Shown here: positions 9,396 through 19,603 of the stretch, one piece after another
How the letters are laid out: each line of letters begins with the position of its first letter
Numbering within the stretch: the first letter of the stretch is position 1
Assembly: GCA_041750285.1 (NCBI GenBank)
Contig: JBGSZS010000007.1
Coordinates: 32,001-96,000 of the forward strand
Direction: 5' to 3'
Source: Candidatus Fermentibacteraceae bacterium
GTDB taxonomy: Bacteria > Fermentibacterota > Fermentibacteria > Fermentibacterales > JCC-6
DNA length: 64,000 nt
Made by a program: the position numbers and the translations under genes
The notes under the pieces: model-generated
What the model was told of the DNA's origin: nothing
What the model saw: the letters and a program-made list of their open reading frames with translations, nothing else
The model's database searches: none

Positions 9396-10385
9396 TTGTC
9401 CGTCCCGAACGGTACTCCCAGAAGCAGGCTGTTTTCGCTGGCCGGATTCGTTTTTGTGGCCGTTTCACTGTACTTCGTGGGAAGTTCGCTCTCGAAGGGC
9501 ATTCGTGAAAGCGGGGGGCTCGAAAACCTGCTGGATTTCAGCCCGGCGATGCTCGTGCTCTCCTTTCTGCTTCTTCAACTGCATTTCGTGGCGTGCGGAC
9601 TGGCATGGAAGGTGGTCGCCGGGCACACAGGCGGCAGGCTCGGTCTTTGGAAGGCCTACTCGATCCATTTTCTCGCCCAGGTGGGCAAGTACGTTCCGGG
9701 AATGGTCTGGAGCGCGATAGGCAAATTCGCCCTTTCAAGGGATTCCGGAATGACGAAGGTACAGACGGGACACGCACTCGTCCTCGAAACTGTTTTCATA
9801 GTCTTCGGGTGTCTGTTCGTCGCCATGCCCCTGGTGTCTGACGCCGCCCTGGCAGTGGGGCTCAGTGGCACGGAAGCATTGCTCCTTGCCATCGCCATCG
9901 GTCTTCTTACCCTGTCAGCGGTTCATCCGGCGGTGTTCGGCTTCCTTGTGGGGCTGGCCGGCAGGGTGACCGGGAAACGCATAGAAGCCCAGCGCGTTCC
10001 CTTCGTCGAAATCCTGAAAACCATACCCGTCTATGTTTCGATCTTTCTGTTCGTGGGTCTCGGATTCTGGCTCCTTGCCAGGGGTTTCGGGCTTGAGATA
10101 CCCTTCTTTCCCGGGATTTTTCTGTATCCAACCGCTTTCGGGGTCGGATATCTGGTCGTTCTGGCTCCGGGTGGGCTCGGAGTGAGGGAGCTTGTGCTGG
10201 TATGGCTGGTCAGGATGGCGGCTCCCGGTTCGGAACCGGGAATGGCCGAACTTGTCGCAGTGGCCGCCAGGATCTGGATAACTCTGGGTGAGGGGCTTGC
10301 ATTCCTGATCTCACTGGCTGTCTACGGCAGGGGCACCCGCACCATGATGCGTCTTCTCTTTAAAAAAGAGCCCGCCGCTACCTGA
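9396..10385 (+). CDS. Lysylphosphatidylglycerol-synthase TM / flippase-like membrane protein (UPF0104)
   Basis: Multiple TM helices, 'GKYVPG', 'APGGLGVRE', 'RIW'. Start uncertain (TTG 9396 or ATG 9336). Confidence 0.8.
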   Translation: MSVPNGTPRSRLFSLAGFVFVAVSLYFVGSSLSKGIRESGGLENLLDFSPAMLVLSFLLLQLHFVACGLAWKVVAGHTGGRLGLWKAYSIHFLAQVGKYVPGMVWSAIGKFALSRDSGMTKVQTGHALVLETVFIVFGCLFVAMPLVSDAALAVGLSGTEALLLAIAIGLLTLSAVHPAVFGFLVGLAGRVTGKRIEAQRVPFVEILKTIPVYVSIFLFVGLGFWLLARGFGLEIPFFPGIFLYPTAFGVGYLVVLAPGGLGVRELVLVWLVRMAAPGSEPGMAELVAVAARIWITLGEGLAFLISLAVYGRGTRTMMRLLFKKEPAAT

Positions 10386-11676
10386 TCCTGACACCCTCCG
10401 CGGTCACGCACGGCAACAGGTCTGTTCCGGTCCGCTGCTGCACGCTTCCAACATCACACACGTTCCGGAGGATATCGTATGCGCTTCCGGAGATAAGGCA
10501 GTTCACGAGCTTTCCGGTGATCTCCCCGCCACTTATGGACCAGGCAGTTCCGCAGTCGAGCAGCATCCCTCCTCCTGCGGCGTCGCTCCCCTCAGCACTG
10601 AGTATTCCCGACACAAGCACACCGTTGCCGATCCTGCCGGCCATCTCCTCCAGAGTTCCCCCGTTTCCCGTGTCGACAGTGATGTTGGTGCAGACAGGCA
10701 TTGGGTGTCCGCCAAGATTTTTCCCCGCGTTGCCTGTTGACGGCAATCCCGCCTCGCTGCCGCTTGCAAGGTCGAAGACGAAGCCTTTGAAAACCCCGTT
10801 CCTGAACAGGGCCTTGTTTGACGTTGAGATTCCTTCGGAATCAAAAGGGGCCGAGCTGGCGCCGTTCTCGTGAAGCGGCATTTCCCTGATGGTCAGGAGG
10901 GGCGAAAGGACACAGTCCCCCGTCCTTCCTGCCAGCCACGAAGCGCCGTCCAGAAGAACCCTGCCGCTTACTCCCGTCCTGACGGCCTGAAGCAGAACAC
11001 CAAGGGCGGGAGGAGCAAAGAGAACGGGCTTTCTTCCGACAACGGTCTCGGCGGGCACCCCGGTGCGGGATAGGGCCGGAAATAGCCATCGAAGAGCTGT
11101 TGGCGGGTCGGGAAGGCAGGTGCACTCGAAGTGCGAGGAGCGCCTGCAGAGACCGTCCTCAGTGGCTGAACTCACGGTTGCGTCAACTCTCACCCGGTTC
11201 CTTGAGTACTCGCCGACACAGCCCTGCGAGTTGATTATGCCCACCCCGTCAATTCCCCACGACACACGTGCGTTGAGAAGGGTGCCCGGGAAGGCAGCGT
11301 CGGCGCAGGATGACAGCTCGCGTGCGAAGTTGAGGACCATGCCCTGATCAGGAAGCTTCCCCCGGGTCTCGAAATGAGCTGTGGAGGGTGATTCGGAAGG
11401 AAGGTCCCATGTGAAATCAGGGCCTGTCCTTGCTGAACTGATGGCATTCTCTGCGATGAGTGCCGGGTGGCCTCCCCCCTCTGAGCCGGCGGTTCCGGCC
11501 CTTCCGTTCCTCTGTATCCTTACGCTGTAGGAAGTTACGGTTCCCGAACCGGCGACCGGTGAGCCACTGCCAACGAGAAGAGCATTCCTGCGCCGGACCA
11601 GCCAGTTGACCTCCGCCTGCGAGGAGATCTGCACAAGGGTTTCGAGTATCTTCCGAGCCTTTTCCGATGCCTTCAT
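10378..11676 (-). CDS. pmbA: PmbA/TldE family protein
   Basis: 'VLFAPPA', 'SAPFDSEG', 'STGNA'; no HExxxH; directly downstream of tldD. Start reassigned to MKASEK at 11676. Confidence 0.8.
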   Translation of the reverse strand: MKASEKARKILETLVQISSQAEVNWLVRRRNALLVGSGSPVAGSGTVTSYSVRIQRNGRAGTAGSEGGGHPALIAENAISSARTGPDFTWDLPSESPSTAHFETRGKLPDQGMVLNFARELSSCADAAFPGTLLNARVSWGIDGVGIINSQGCVGEYSRNRVRVDATVSSATEDGLCRRSSHFECTCLPDPPTALRWLFPALSRTGVPAETVVGRKPVLFAPPALGVLLQAVRTGVSGRVLLDGASWLAGRTGDCVLSPLLTIREMPLHENGASSAPFDSEGISTSNKALFRNGVFKGFVFDLASGSEAGLPSTGNAGKNLGGHPMPVCTNITVDTGNGGTLEEMAGRIGNGVLVSGILSAEGSDAAGGGMLLDCGTAWSISGGEITGKLVNCLISGSAYDILRNVCDVGSVQQRTGTDLLPCVTAEGVRIR

Positions 11677-11678
11677 CG

Positions 11679-13046
11679 TCAGCCTATCCTTATAGCCGTC
11701 AAGAGTATGTGTGGTCCTCCGTAGCTCACGGGAATGGCGTTTTCTCCGGCCCGTCCGCATCCCCCCATGTTCCCGAAGAGCTGAATGTCTTCCCCGACCC
11801 TGTCGATGTTCTTCAGAACATCGAAGACATTGCCGGTGATGACAACAGGTCCCATGGGCCTGTCGATCTTTCCGCGCCGGACGGTCCATCCGCTCTCCGC
11901 TATGAGACTGAATCTCTCCATGTCGGTGGCACCGCCAAGGCAGCCTTTCAGATAAACCCCGTTCTCCATTGATGTGAGCAGGCTGTCGCGGTCGCCTTCT
12001 CCAGGCTCGAGAAGGGTGCACCGCATTCTGGCCATGGGCGTACTGCCTGTTCCCCATGCCCTCGCGTTGCCGGCCGGGGCAGCCCCGGTCTCGGAAGCCG
12101 TGGAAAGGGTGTGAAGCCTGCTTTTCACGACACCTCCGCGAACGAGGCTCGTTCTGGTTCCGCGCGTGCCCTCATCATCCCAGCTGCAGCTTCCGGGAAG
12201 AGTGAAATGGGTGGGATCATCGGTAATGCAAAGGCACTCCGCGCCCACGCGCCTGCCGGGACTGACGATATCCCCGAGGGCAGGACACTGAACCAGCACA
12301 TCCGATTCCGCAAGATGTCCGAAGGCTTCGTGTACCAGCATTCCCGTCAGTTCCGGACCGAGCACCGCCGGAACGTACCCCGGTGTGGGGCCTGATGAGT
12401 TCGTTCTCATGCACAGGTCTTCGGTCATCTCCCGGACCAGGTCCTCCCTGTGACGAAGATTCTCAAGGCCGCCCCTGTGGGCGATGCTCCGGGAAGCGGT
12501 CACATTGCCTGGCAGGGCAGCCTGCATCCGCAGGCCGCACAGTTCCTCGACCTCACGAATGCTTGTTCCCGTGGAGTTCACAACCACCCGGTCCCGAAGT
12601 ACCTCGCTGTAGTCAACTCTCGCTGAGGCACCGGGATTGGTCATTCCCAGCAGCTCACAGTAGTGGCGGCAAAGAAATGCCTTGTCCTTAAGGGGTGTAC
12701 CGGTGAACGGTTCGCTGCTGCCCGGGATGAAGCTGTTCCTTTCCGGGGAAACAGTCGTGAAGGAAACCGACCCCTTCCCCGCGGCTACAGCAGAGCCTGC
12801 AGCCCTGTCAATAAGCGCTTCGATGCAGTTGAAGCCCGATGACCACGCATACCCCCATCGGCCCGACACCAGGGCCCTTGCAGTGCACCCCTCCCTTTGT
12901 ACGGGACCAACGCTGCCACCGCGTCTTCCGATCTGAGCAAGTTCCAGCGTCAGGATGCGTTCAAGCCTGACTTCAACGAAGTCGGCCTCTGAGGCCTGAA
13001 CGGCGCGCTCCGCCCTCTCCCGGTTCTCCTGCAAGTTTTCCTCCAT
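11679..13046 (-). CDS. tldD: TldD family metalloprotease
   Basis: 'HEAFGH', 'DDPT', 'DDEG', 'GNAR...PMARM', 'GGCGR...PVSYGGPH'. Confidence 0.9.
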   Translation of the reverse strand: MEENLQENRERAERAVQASEADFVEVRLERILTLELAQIGRRGGSVGPVQREGCTARALVSGRWGYAWSSGFNCIEALIDRAAGSAVAAGKGSVSFTTVSPERNSFIPGSSEPFTGTPLKDKAFLCRHYCELLGMTNPGASARVDYSEVLRDRVVVNSTGTSIREVEELCGLRMQAALPGNVTASRSIAHRGGLENLRHREDLVREMTEDLCMRTNSSGPTPGYVPAVLGPELTGMLVHEAFGHLAESDVLVQCPALGDIVSPGRRVGAECLCITDDPTHFTLPGSCSWDDEGTRGTRTSLVRGGVVKSRLHTLSTASETGAAPAGNARAWGTGSTPMARMRCTLLEPGEGDRDSLLTSMENGVYLKGCLGGATDMERFSLIAESGWTVRRGKIDRPMGPVVITGNVFDVLKNIDRVGEDIQLFGNMGGCGRAGENAIPVSYGGPHILLTAIRIG

Positions 13047-13050
13047 GTGT

Positions 13051-13788
13051 CTACCGGGGAAGGTAAAGCCCTTCCCGCGCAAGGCTGTCGATCATCATGC
13101 GGACCGAGTCCGCAAGCATCCGGTCGGGATCGAGCGAAAGGCAACGATTGGCCCAATCAACGGCCCTCATGTAGTCGCCGTCCCAAAGGTGTGTTCTTGC
13201 CGTGAGCCAGAGGGCGGGAGGATGAGAAGCCAGTGGTTCACGGGCAAGGATGGCCCTTGCACCGCAATTGTCCCCGCTGGCGGCCAGAAGACCCGCGAGG
13301 ATCATTGCCGCCTCCGTCTGATGAGCACCTTCGCGGGTGCACAAAGGCTCCAGAAAACCGATCGCTCCGGCAGTATCGCCTTCTGCCATGAGCAGCCGGG
13401 CCATGGCGAAGGCCACGTCGTCCGCCCTGGGTTCGAGCCCGAGTGCTTGCCGGAGGAGAACGCCTGCCCGGGCCAGGCTGTCCGGTTCATCAAGAAGCAG
13501 AAGGCCAAGTTCGAGGGGTGCCCTGTGATCATCCGGGCAGCTTTCCATGAACAACCTGTACCAGGATGAAGCCAGATCGAGGCTTCCCTGCAGGGCCGAA
13601 ACCCTTGCAAGGCCCAGAACGGCATAGTACTCGTGTGGGTTGACGTCCAGGGAGCGGGAGAATGCCTCCCTCGCCTGGGCAAGGAGCCCCTGTCCCATCA
13701 GCGCATCACCCGTCTCCAGAAAAAGGCGTGCGGAAAGCCTTTCCGGTTCAGTGATCAAAAGCAGCAGAAACGCCAGAACGTATGGCAT
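13051..13788 (-). CDS. Tetratricopeptide repeat protein with signal peptide
   Basis: Hydrophobic N-terminus; TPR-like helices 'AREAFSRSLDVNP', 'LRQALGLEP'. Confidence 0.7.
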   Translation of the reverse strand: MPYVLAFLLLLITEPERLSARLFLETGDALMGQGLLAQAREAFSRSLDVNPHEYYAVLGLARVSALQGSLDLASSWYRLFMESCPDDHRAPLELGLLLLDEPDSLARAGVLLRQALGLEPRADDVAFAMARLLMAEGDTAGAIGFLEPLCTREGAHQTEAAMILAGLLAASGDNCGARAILAREPLASHPPALWLTARTHLWDGDYMRAVDWANRCLSLDPDRMLADSVRMMIDSLAREGLYLPR

Positions 13789-13874
13789 GAAATCCCTTCA
13801 TGGTCCGAAGCTTGATTATCATAGCCCGGTAGACAATCCACGTCACCGTTTGCCAGCGCGAGGAGAACCAGGCA

Positions 13875-15236
13875 ATGCAGAAAGCTGACCTTGTAGTAGT
13901 CGGGGGGGGGCCGGCCGGATACGTACCCGCGATCAGGGCTGCCCAGTTGGGCAGGAGTGTGGTGGTTCTGGAAGGGGAAGAACTGGGGGGCACCTGCCTC
14001 AATCAGGGTTGCATTCCCACCAAGACACTGGCCGCAACGGCCCACCTGCTCAGACAGTCCCGGGAGTGTTCCAGATTCGGTCTCTCGGGCACTCTGGAGA
14101 TGAGCTGGGACACAGTACTGAAGAGGAAGAACCTTGTCGTCACAAGGCTGAGGAAGGGTATAGAAGCCCACCTTGCACACCTCGGAGTGAAGGTGGTGCG
14201 GAGCAGGGGAGTCCTCAGGGAGCCCGGTGCCGTCGAGGCCGGCGGAGACTTGCTCACTGCGGGCAATGTGCTGCTGTCGCCGGGATCGTTACCCCTTGTT
14301 CCGGGGTTTCTCGATGTACCAGGAGTGTTGACCAGCACTGACGTGCTGAACTGGCAGACGCTTCCGGCGTCCATGGTGATTGTTGGAGGCGGTGTCATCG
14401 GCTGTGAGTTCGCTTCGATCCTCTCCTCCTTCGGTGTGAGGGTAACCATCGTCGAAATGCTGCCAAACATCCTTCCGGGAGTAGATCGCGATGTTTCGGC
14501 GGTTGTGGCCCGTTCTCTTGCCAGGGCGGGCGTCAAGGTCCTCACCGGCAACGGTTCGCGGAGTATCGAGGTGAAGGGGTCCGAAGCCACAGTGCACCTT
14601 TCAGATGGGACTTCGGTTACCGCGGAGAGGATCCTTGCCGCCATTGGCAGGCGGCCGCGAACGTCAGACATGGGCCTTGGTGAGGCAGGCATCGTGCTCG
14701 ACCCCAGAGGGTGCATCATGGTCGACAGCAACTGCCTCACAAACCTTCCGGGGGTATATGCGGCCGGTGATGCGACAGGGATGTGGTGGCTGGCCCATGC
14801 TGGAAGCGCCCAGGGTCTGGCTGCGGTTCACCACGCATATGGTGCCGGTGAAAGACCGGTAGACCCCGACCGAATGCCAGGCTGCATCTTTACCGATCCT
14901 GAAGTGGCAACGGTCGGCCCGGGCGAAGACCAGTGGCGGGAAAGGGGAGTTCCCGTGAGAGTCGGCACCGCTCGCTACATCGCCAACGGAAAGGCCGTCG
15001 GCATGAACGAAACCGAGGGCTTCATCAAGATCATATCGCGCGAGGACGACGACACGGTCGTGGGTGTTCAGATTGTCGGGGCCGATGCCTCGAGCCTTGT
15101 GTCGGGGGCGGTGGTTGCGGTCAACGCGGGAGTTAAGGCGGCGGACTGGTCCCGCTTCATACACCCCCACCCAACCCTGTCCGAACTCTACATGGAGGGT
15201 GCGGAAGCTCTCGGAATGGGCTCCTTCCATGGATGA
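13875..15236 (+). CDS. lpdA: Dihydrolipoyl dehydrogenase
   Basis: 'GGGPAGY', 'GGTCLNQGCIPTK', 'GGGVIGCE', 'HPHPTLSE'. Confidence 0.95.
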   Translation: MQKADLVVVGGGPAGYVPAIRAAQLGRSVVVLEGEELGGTCLNQGCIPTKTLAATAHLLRQSRECSRFGLSGTLEMSWDTVLKRKNLVVTRLRKGIEAHLAHLGVKVVRSRGVLREPGAVEAGGDLLTAGNVLLSPGSLPLVPGFLDVPGVLTSTDVLNWQTLPASMVIVGGGVIGCEFASILSSFGVRVTIVEMLPNILPGVDRDVSAVVARSLARAGVKVLTGNGSRSIEVKGSEATVHLSDGTSVTAERILAAIGRRPRTSDMGLGEAGIVLDPRGCIMVDSNCLTNLPGVYAAGDATGMWWLAHAGSAQGLAAVHHAYGAGERPVDPDRMPGCIFTDPEVATVGPGEDQWRERGVPVRVGTARYIANGKAVGMNETEGFIKIISREDDDTVVGVQIVGADASSLVSGAVVAVNAGVKAADWSRFIHPHPTLSELYMEGAEALGMGSFHG

Positions 15237-15909
15237 GGGGCTGTCGGCATTGAGCGAGCTGCTCAGTGTCGTGAGAACGCTCAGGGGACCCGGAGGATGC
15301 AGCTGGGACAGGGAACAGACCCTTGAAAGCCTTAGACCCTATCTTCTTGAAGAGGCGTACGAAGTGGCTGAAGCCACTGAGCGAAGCGACTGGAAAGCCG
15401 TGTCGGACGAGCTTGGGGACCTTTTGCTCCACATTCTCATGTGGTCGGAGATAGGGAGCGAGAAGGCTCTTTTCAGCCTCGGAAGCGTCTCGGACGGAGT
15501 CAGGGAGAAGCTTGTCAGAAGGCATCCGCACGTTTTCGGAGCAAAGGCGTCACCCTTGCCCGAAGAGGTTGAGAAACAGTGGGAGACGATAAAAAAGCGT
15601 GAAAAATCAGGGACGAGGCAGGGCTTCTTCTCTTCCCTGCCGGGCGACATGCCTGCCCTGCAGACCGCCTGGAGGATCAGCCAGCGGGCTTCCGATGCCG
15701 GGCTGGAACCTTTGCCCGACCAATCCGGTATTGAAAGTGCTGTGAACCGTTTTCTTGCCGTGCCGATGGAAGACAGTCTCGGGAATCTGCTGCTCATGCT
15801 CTCGGGTTATGCCGTTTCCCTCGGCATAGAACCGGAACTGGCGCTTAAACGGGCGAACAGGAGATTCGTGTCGAAACACTGCGCTTGCGATGGAGAAAAA
15901 AGTACCTGA
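15229..15909 (+). CDS. mazG: Nucleoside triphosphate pyrophosphohydrolase MazG
   Basis: 'LRGPGGCSWDREQT', 'EEAYEV', 'ELGDLLL', 'KLVRRHPHVF', 'WETIK'; the second domain is shortened. Confidence 0.9.
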   Translation: MDEGLSALSELLSVVRTLRGPGGCSWDREQTLESLRPYLLEEAYEVAEATERSDWKAVSDELGDLLLHILMWSEIGSEKALFSLGSVSDGVREKLVRRHPHVFGAKASPLPEEVEKQWETIKKREKSGTRQGFFSSLPGDMPALQTAWRISQRASDAGLEPLPDQSGIESAVNRFLAVPMEDSLGNLLLMLSGYAVSLGIEPELALKRANRRFVSKHCACDGEKST

Positions 15910-15949
15910 TATTCGCGTAAATCTTGGGGCTGTAACCTGAAAGGAAGAT

Positions 15950-17656
15950 ATGAAATACCTGTTAATGATGATTGTCGCGACCTTTGCCGTAGCGGGTTCC
16001 ATTCAACCCGAGCTATTGATGGATATGGCGCAAGCCGCACGGGGAGAGGTCATCCCTGTTGTGGTCCTTGTGGAGGGCAGCCTTGATTACCAGTGGGTAC
16101 AGGCCGCCACCGCTGGCATGAGCCGTGCGGAAAGGCAGCAGTTCGTGGTCGAGGCCCTGAAGGCCAATGCCCAGGTTTCACAGCAGGCCGTCCTCGAATC
16201 CATCGCCGGTCAGCAGGTTGAACAGCTCGTGCCGTTCTGGCTCGTGAACGGCTTCTACTGCCACACGACACCCGAGGTGATCCGCAACCTCTCCACACGC
16301 TCGGATGTTCGGTATATCGAACGGGGCAGTATTGGCGGAAGCCTTATCGAACCCGTTGCCCAGCGCGACCCCGAACCGGGTCAGCGGGCAGTGGCCTGGG
16401 GCGTCAGCAAGATAAGCGCTCCCGAAGTCTGGGCTCTGGGTTACGAAGGTGAAGGCGTCATTGTAGGCGTTATCGACACCGGCGTTTACTACACCCATTC
16501 CGACCTTGGCAACAACATGTGGCACGATACTCCAGCCGGCTACCACTACGGCTGGGACTTCTACGACAACGACAACGACCCCATGGACACCTACGGGCAC
16601 GGTACCCACTGCGCCGGAACCGTCGCTGGCGACGGCACTGCCGGCACCGAGACCGGTGTTGCCCCGTCCGCCACGATCATGGCCCTTCGGATCAACTACT
16701 ACTACGGCGGTGAGGCCACCTGGGTAGAGGCCATGGAGTTCGGCACCGAGCACGGCGCCGCGGTACTCACCATGTCCCTCGGATCCTACACCGGTGTCGC
16801 CTTCCTTCGCGAAGCTGAAGAGGCACTGCTGCTTGCCGGAGTGGTGCACAGCGTCGCCGCAGGCAACAGCGGTCCCGGCGGCGGAACCATTCTTGGCAGC
16901 GGCGACTGCCCTCCCCCCTGGTTCCACCCCAATCAGACCTACCACGGCGGGCAGTCAGCTGTCGTCACAGTGGGCGCAACCGATTCAAACGACAATATCG
17001 CAAGCTTCTCCAGCCGCGGTCCCGTTACCTGGTGGGGAAGTGTCTCCCCCTGGAACGACTACAGCGATTCCCAGCCCCTGATCGACCCCGATGTGAGCGG
17101 ACCCGGAGTGAATGTGCTCAGCACCATGATGGGCGGCGGATACACCACCATGGACGGAACTTCCATGGCCACCCCGCATGTTGCAGGTGTCATGGCCCTC
17201 ATGCTCAGCGCAAATCCCGACCTTACGGTGGAGGAGATCGACCAGATCCTCGAAGAGACTTCCATCGACCTGGGAGCCGCAGGCAAGGACAACACCTTCG
17301 GTGCCGGCAGGATCAACGCTCTCGCGGCCGTCAACGCGGCGCTCGGACTTGTCGGAACCTCCGAGGAAGACCACACCGGTCTGGAAACCGGCGGGCTGGT
17401 GCTTTCCGCAGTTTCGCCGAATCCTGTGAACGGCTCTGCGGCCTTCTCCCTCTACGTACCCGCAAGCGGTGATGTATCCATCAGCGTTTTCGATGTCGCA
17501 GGCAGGGCGGTGGCGCAGGTGCAGTCCGGCCAGCTCGCTTCGGGCAGCCACAGCTACCTCTGGAGCCTTCCCGAGAACATCGGCAACGGTGTTTACTTTG
17601 TCAGGGCGACCGCCCCCGGCGGTGCCGCAGTCAGCAGAATGACGGTGTTAAGGTAG
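15950..17656 (+). CDS. Secreted S8 (subtilisin-like) serine protease with C-terminal T9SS-type sorting domain
   Basis: Signal peptide; triad 'IDTG', 'HGTHCAG', 'GTSMATPH'; CTD 'SPNP...VFDVAGR...GVYFVR'. Confidence 0.92.
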   Translation: MKYLLMMIVATFAVAGSIQPELLMDMAQAARGEVIPVVVLVEGSLDYQWVQAATAGMSRAERQQFVVEALKANAQVSQQAVLESIAGQQVEQLVPFWLVNGFYCHTTPEVIRNLSTRSDVRYIERGSIGGSLIEPVAQRDPEPGQRAVAWGVSKISAPEVWALGYEGEGVIVGVIDTGVYYTHSDLGNNMWHDTPAGYHYGWDFYDNDNDPMDTYGHGTHCAGTVAGDGTAGTETGVAPSATIMALRINYYYGGEATWVEAMEFGTEHGAAVLTMSLGSYTGVAFLREAEEALLLAGVVHSVAAGNSGPGGGTILGSGDCPPPWFHPNQTYHGGQSAVVTVGATDSNDNIASFSSRGPVTWWGSVSPWNDYSDSQPLIDPDVSGPGVNVLSTMMGGGYTTMDGTSMATPHVAGVMALMLSANPDLTVEEIDQILEETSIDLGAAGKDNTFGAGRINALAAVNAALGLVGTSEEDHTGLETGGLVLSAVSPNPVNGSAAFSLYVPASGDVSISVFDVAGRAVAQVQSGQLASGSHSYLWSLPENIGNGVYFVRATAPGGAAVSRMTVLR

Positions 17657-17806
17657 GGGACGGACTTAGAAAGATTAGATTGCTGGCGTAATGTTATGTT
17701 GTATAGCAAGATGCATTTCAATGGGCATGTCACACGGTTTGGAATGCATCATGCTGAAAGGGTTCAGATCAGACCAGCGATCTAATCTTTCCAAGTCCTT
17801 CCCCCG
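17654..17806. repeat. MITE/REPIN-like palindromic element, copy 1
   Basis: Terminal inverted repeat GGGGACGGACTTAGAAAGATTAGATTGCTGG (17656-17686) versus 17774-17804, 28/31 match; AT-rich interior with its own imperfect inverted repeat. Confidence 0.85.
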
Positions 17807-17815
17807 AGTAGATCC

Positions 17816-17851
17816 GGGCGGCCCGATCCCTGATGGGCGGGTCGCCCTTCT
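17816..17851 (+). terminator. Possible intrinsic terminator hairpin between the two S8 genes
   Basis: GGGCGGCCCG...CGGGTCGCCC stem followed by only a short TTCT tail. Confidence 0.35.
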
Positions 17852-17887
17852 GCGCTGGACGCTGCATGCGAAACGGAAGGAATAGGC

Positions 17888-19603
17888 ATGGCTATGCTTC
17901 TACTGGTTTTGGCGGCACATGGTTTGGGCGGCATTAATCCCGATGTATTGGCCGATATGTCACTCGCACAGCCCGGAGAGATGATACCGATTGTGGTTCA
18001 TCTGGAGGGTTCGCCGGACCCTGGATGGATCGATGATGCAGCCTCGGGGATGTCCCGTGAGGAAAGGCAGCAGTTCGTAGTGGGTGCGCTTCAGTCCGCG
18101 GCGGCTCTTTCCAGGCACGATGTCCTCGCCTTTCTGGAACACCGAACCGTCAACCGGATCATACCGTTCTGGCTGGTCAACGGTTTCTACTGCGAGACGG
18201 ATCCTGAAACCATAAGGCTTCTCGCGGAAAGACCCGACGTTGTCTTCATTGACAATGGCGCACCCGAAGCGGTACTTGTGGAACCCGTTGAAAGACGCCG
18301 GGCAGAACAGGAAGAGCTCGACAGGGCTGTGGCGTGGGGAGTGGAGAAGATCAACGCACCTGAAGTCTGGTCGCTTGGTTATGAGGGCCAGGGAGTCATA
18401 GTTGGTGTGATCGACACGGGTGTTGACTATACCCATTCCGACCTCGGCAGTAACATGTGGCACGACACACCGGCCGGTTTCCACTACGGCTACAATTTCT
18501 ACGGTTCCGGTGACCCTCTTAACCCAATGGATGATAACGGGCATGGAACCCATTGCGCGGGTACGGTGGCCGGCACCGGAGCAGCCGGGACCGAAACCGG
18601 TGTTGCGCCGTCGGCAACCATCATGGCGCTTCGGATCTACTACTACACCGGTGGTTTTCCCACCTGGATCCAGGGTATGGAATTCGCAGCCGAACATGGT
18701 GCTTCGGTTCTCTCAATGTCGCTCGGAACAACTCCTGTTGGCAATGCCACACTGAGAACGGCCGAGGAGAATGTGCTTCTGGCCGGGATCTATCACAGCG
18801 TGGCCGCTGCCAACAGTGGTCCCGGCTCTGGAACCATCAGAGCCAGTGGTGATTGCCCCCCCCCCTGGTTTCACCCCGATCAGACGTTCCAGGGTGGGCA
18901 GACCGCTGTGGTTACCGTGGGTGCTACCGATTCCAACGACGCCATCGCAAGCTTCTCCAGCCGGGGTCCGGTCACCTGGTGGCTTGGTGTTGCCCCCTGG
19001 AACGACTACGGCGACACGTCACCCCTTATCAAGCCAGACATCAGCGGCCCTGGCGTTGATGTTCTCAGCGCCCAACTCGGGGGCGGCTACACGACCATGA
19101 GCGGTACTTCCATGGCAACACCCCACCTCGCGGGGGTGGCTGCACTTCTGTTGAGCATCAACCCAGAGCTGACAGTCGCCCAGCTTGATTCCCTCATCGA
19201 GACCACGTCAGTTGATCTCGGGGCTTCGGGAAAGGACAACACCTTTGGTGCAGGAAGGGTGGACGCCTACCAGGCTGCGCTCGCTGCCCTGGAGATGGTC
19301 GGCACCGAGGGCGGCACAAGTTCCGGACTTCCAGGCCCATCAATTGCGCTGTCATCCGTTCAACCCAATCCTGCGAAAAGCTCAGTGGTGTTCTCGCTCT
19401 ACCTTCCCGAGAGCGGTCACGTTTCCATTGTCGTATTCGATGTCGCTGGACGGGCAGTGGCACAGGTGCATTCGGGCCAGCTCTCCGGTGGCAGCCACAG
19501 CTTCCTCTGGAGCCTTCCGGAAAGCACGGGGAACGGTTTGTACTTCGTAAGGGCCTCATCCGTAGGTGGCACCGCCACCACACGGATGACGGTCTTAAGG
19601 TAG
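17888..19603 (+). CDS. Secreted S8 serine protease with T9SS-type CTD (tandem paralogue)
   Basis: Same triad motifs and architecture as 15950-17656; shared 'GDCPPPWFHP' and terminal 'RMTVLR'. Confidence 0.92.
   Translation: MAMLLLVLAAHGLGGINPDVLADMSLAQPGEMIPIVVHLEGSPDPGWIDDAASGMSREERQQFVVGALQSAAALSRHDVLAFLEHRTVNRIIPFWLVNGFYCETDPETIRLLAERPDVVFIDNGAPEAVLVEPVERRRAEQEELDRAVAWGVEKINAPEVWSLGYEGQGVIVGVIDTGVDYTHSDLGSNMWHDTPAGFHYGYNFYGSGDPLNPMDDNGHGTHCAGTVAGTGAAGTETGVAPSATIMALRIYYYTGGFPTWIQGMEFAAEHGASVLSMSLGTTPVGNATLRTAEENVLLAGIYHSVAAANSGPGSGTIRASGDCPPPWFHPDQTFQGGQTAVVTVGATDSNDAIASFSSRGPVTWWLGVAPWNDYGDTSPLIKPDISGPGVDVLSAQLGGGYTTMSGTSMATPHLAGVAALLLSINPELTVAQLDSLIETTSVDLGASGKDNTFGAGRVDAYQAALAALEMVGTEGGTSSGLPGPSIALSSVQPNPAKSSVVFSLYLPESGHVSIVVFDVAGRAVAQVHSGQLSGGSHSFLWSLPESTGNGLYFVRASSVGGTATTRMTVLR

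Noticed and set aside
11677..12057. N-terminal extensions in the ORF track (pmbA to 12057, mazG from 15064, purF from 46967, HEAT protein from 54224, glgP to 59898)
   Set aside because: They overlap neighbouring genes or the tRNA; downstream starts with RBS or stop/start coupling fit the family N-termini better.
13902..13910. G9 runs in lpdA and at 41468-41476 as phase-variation tracts
   Set aside because: Both encode required Gly-Gly-Gly motifs and the frames are intact.
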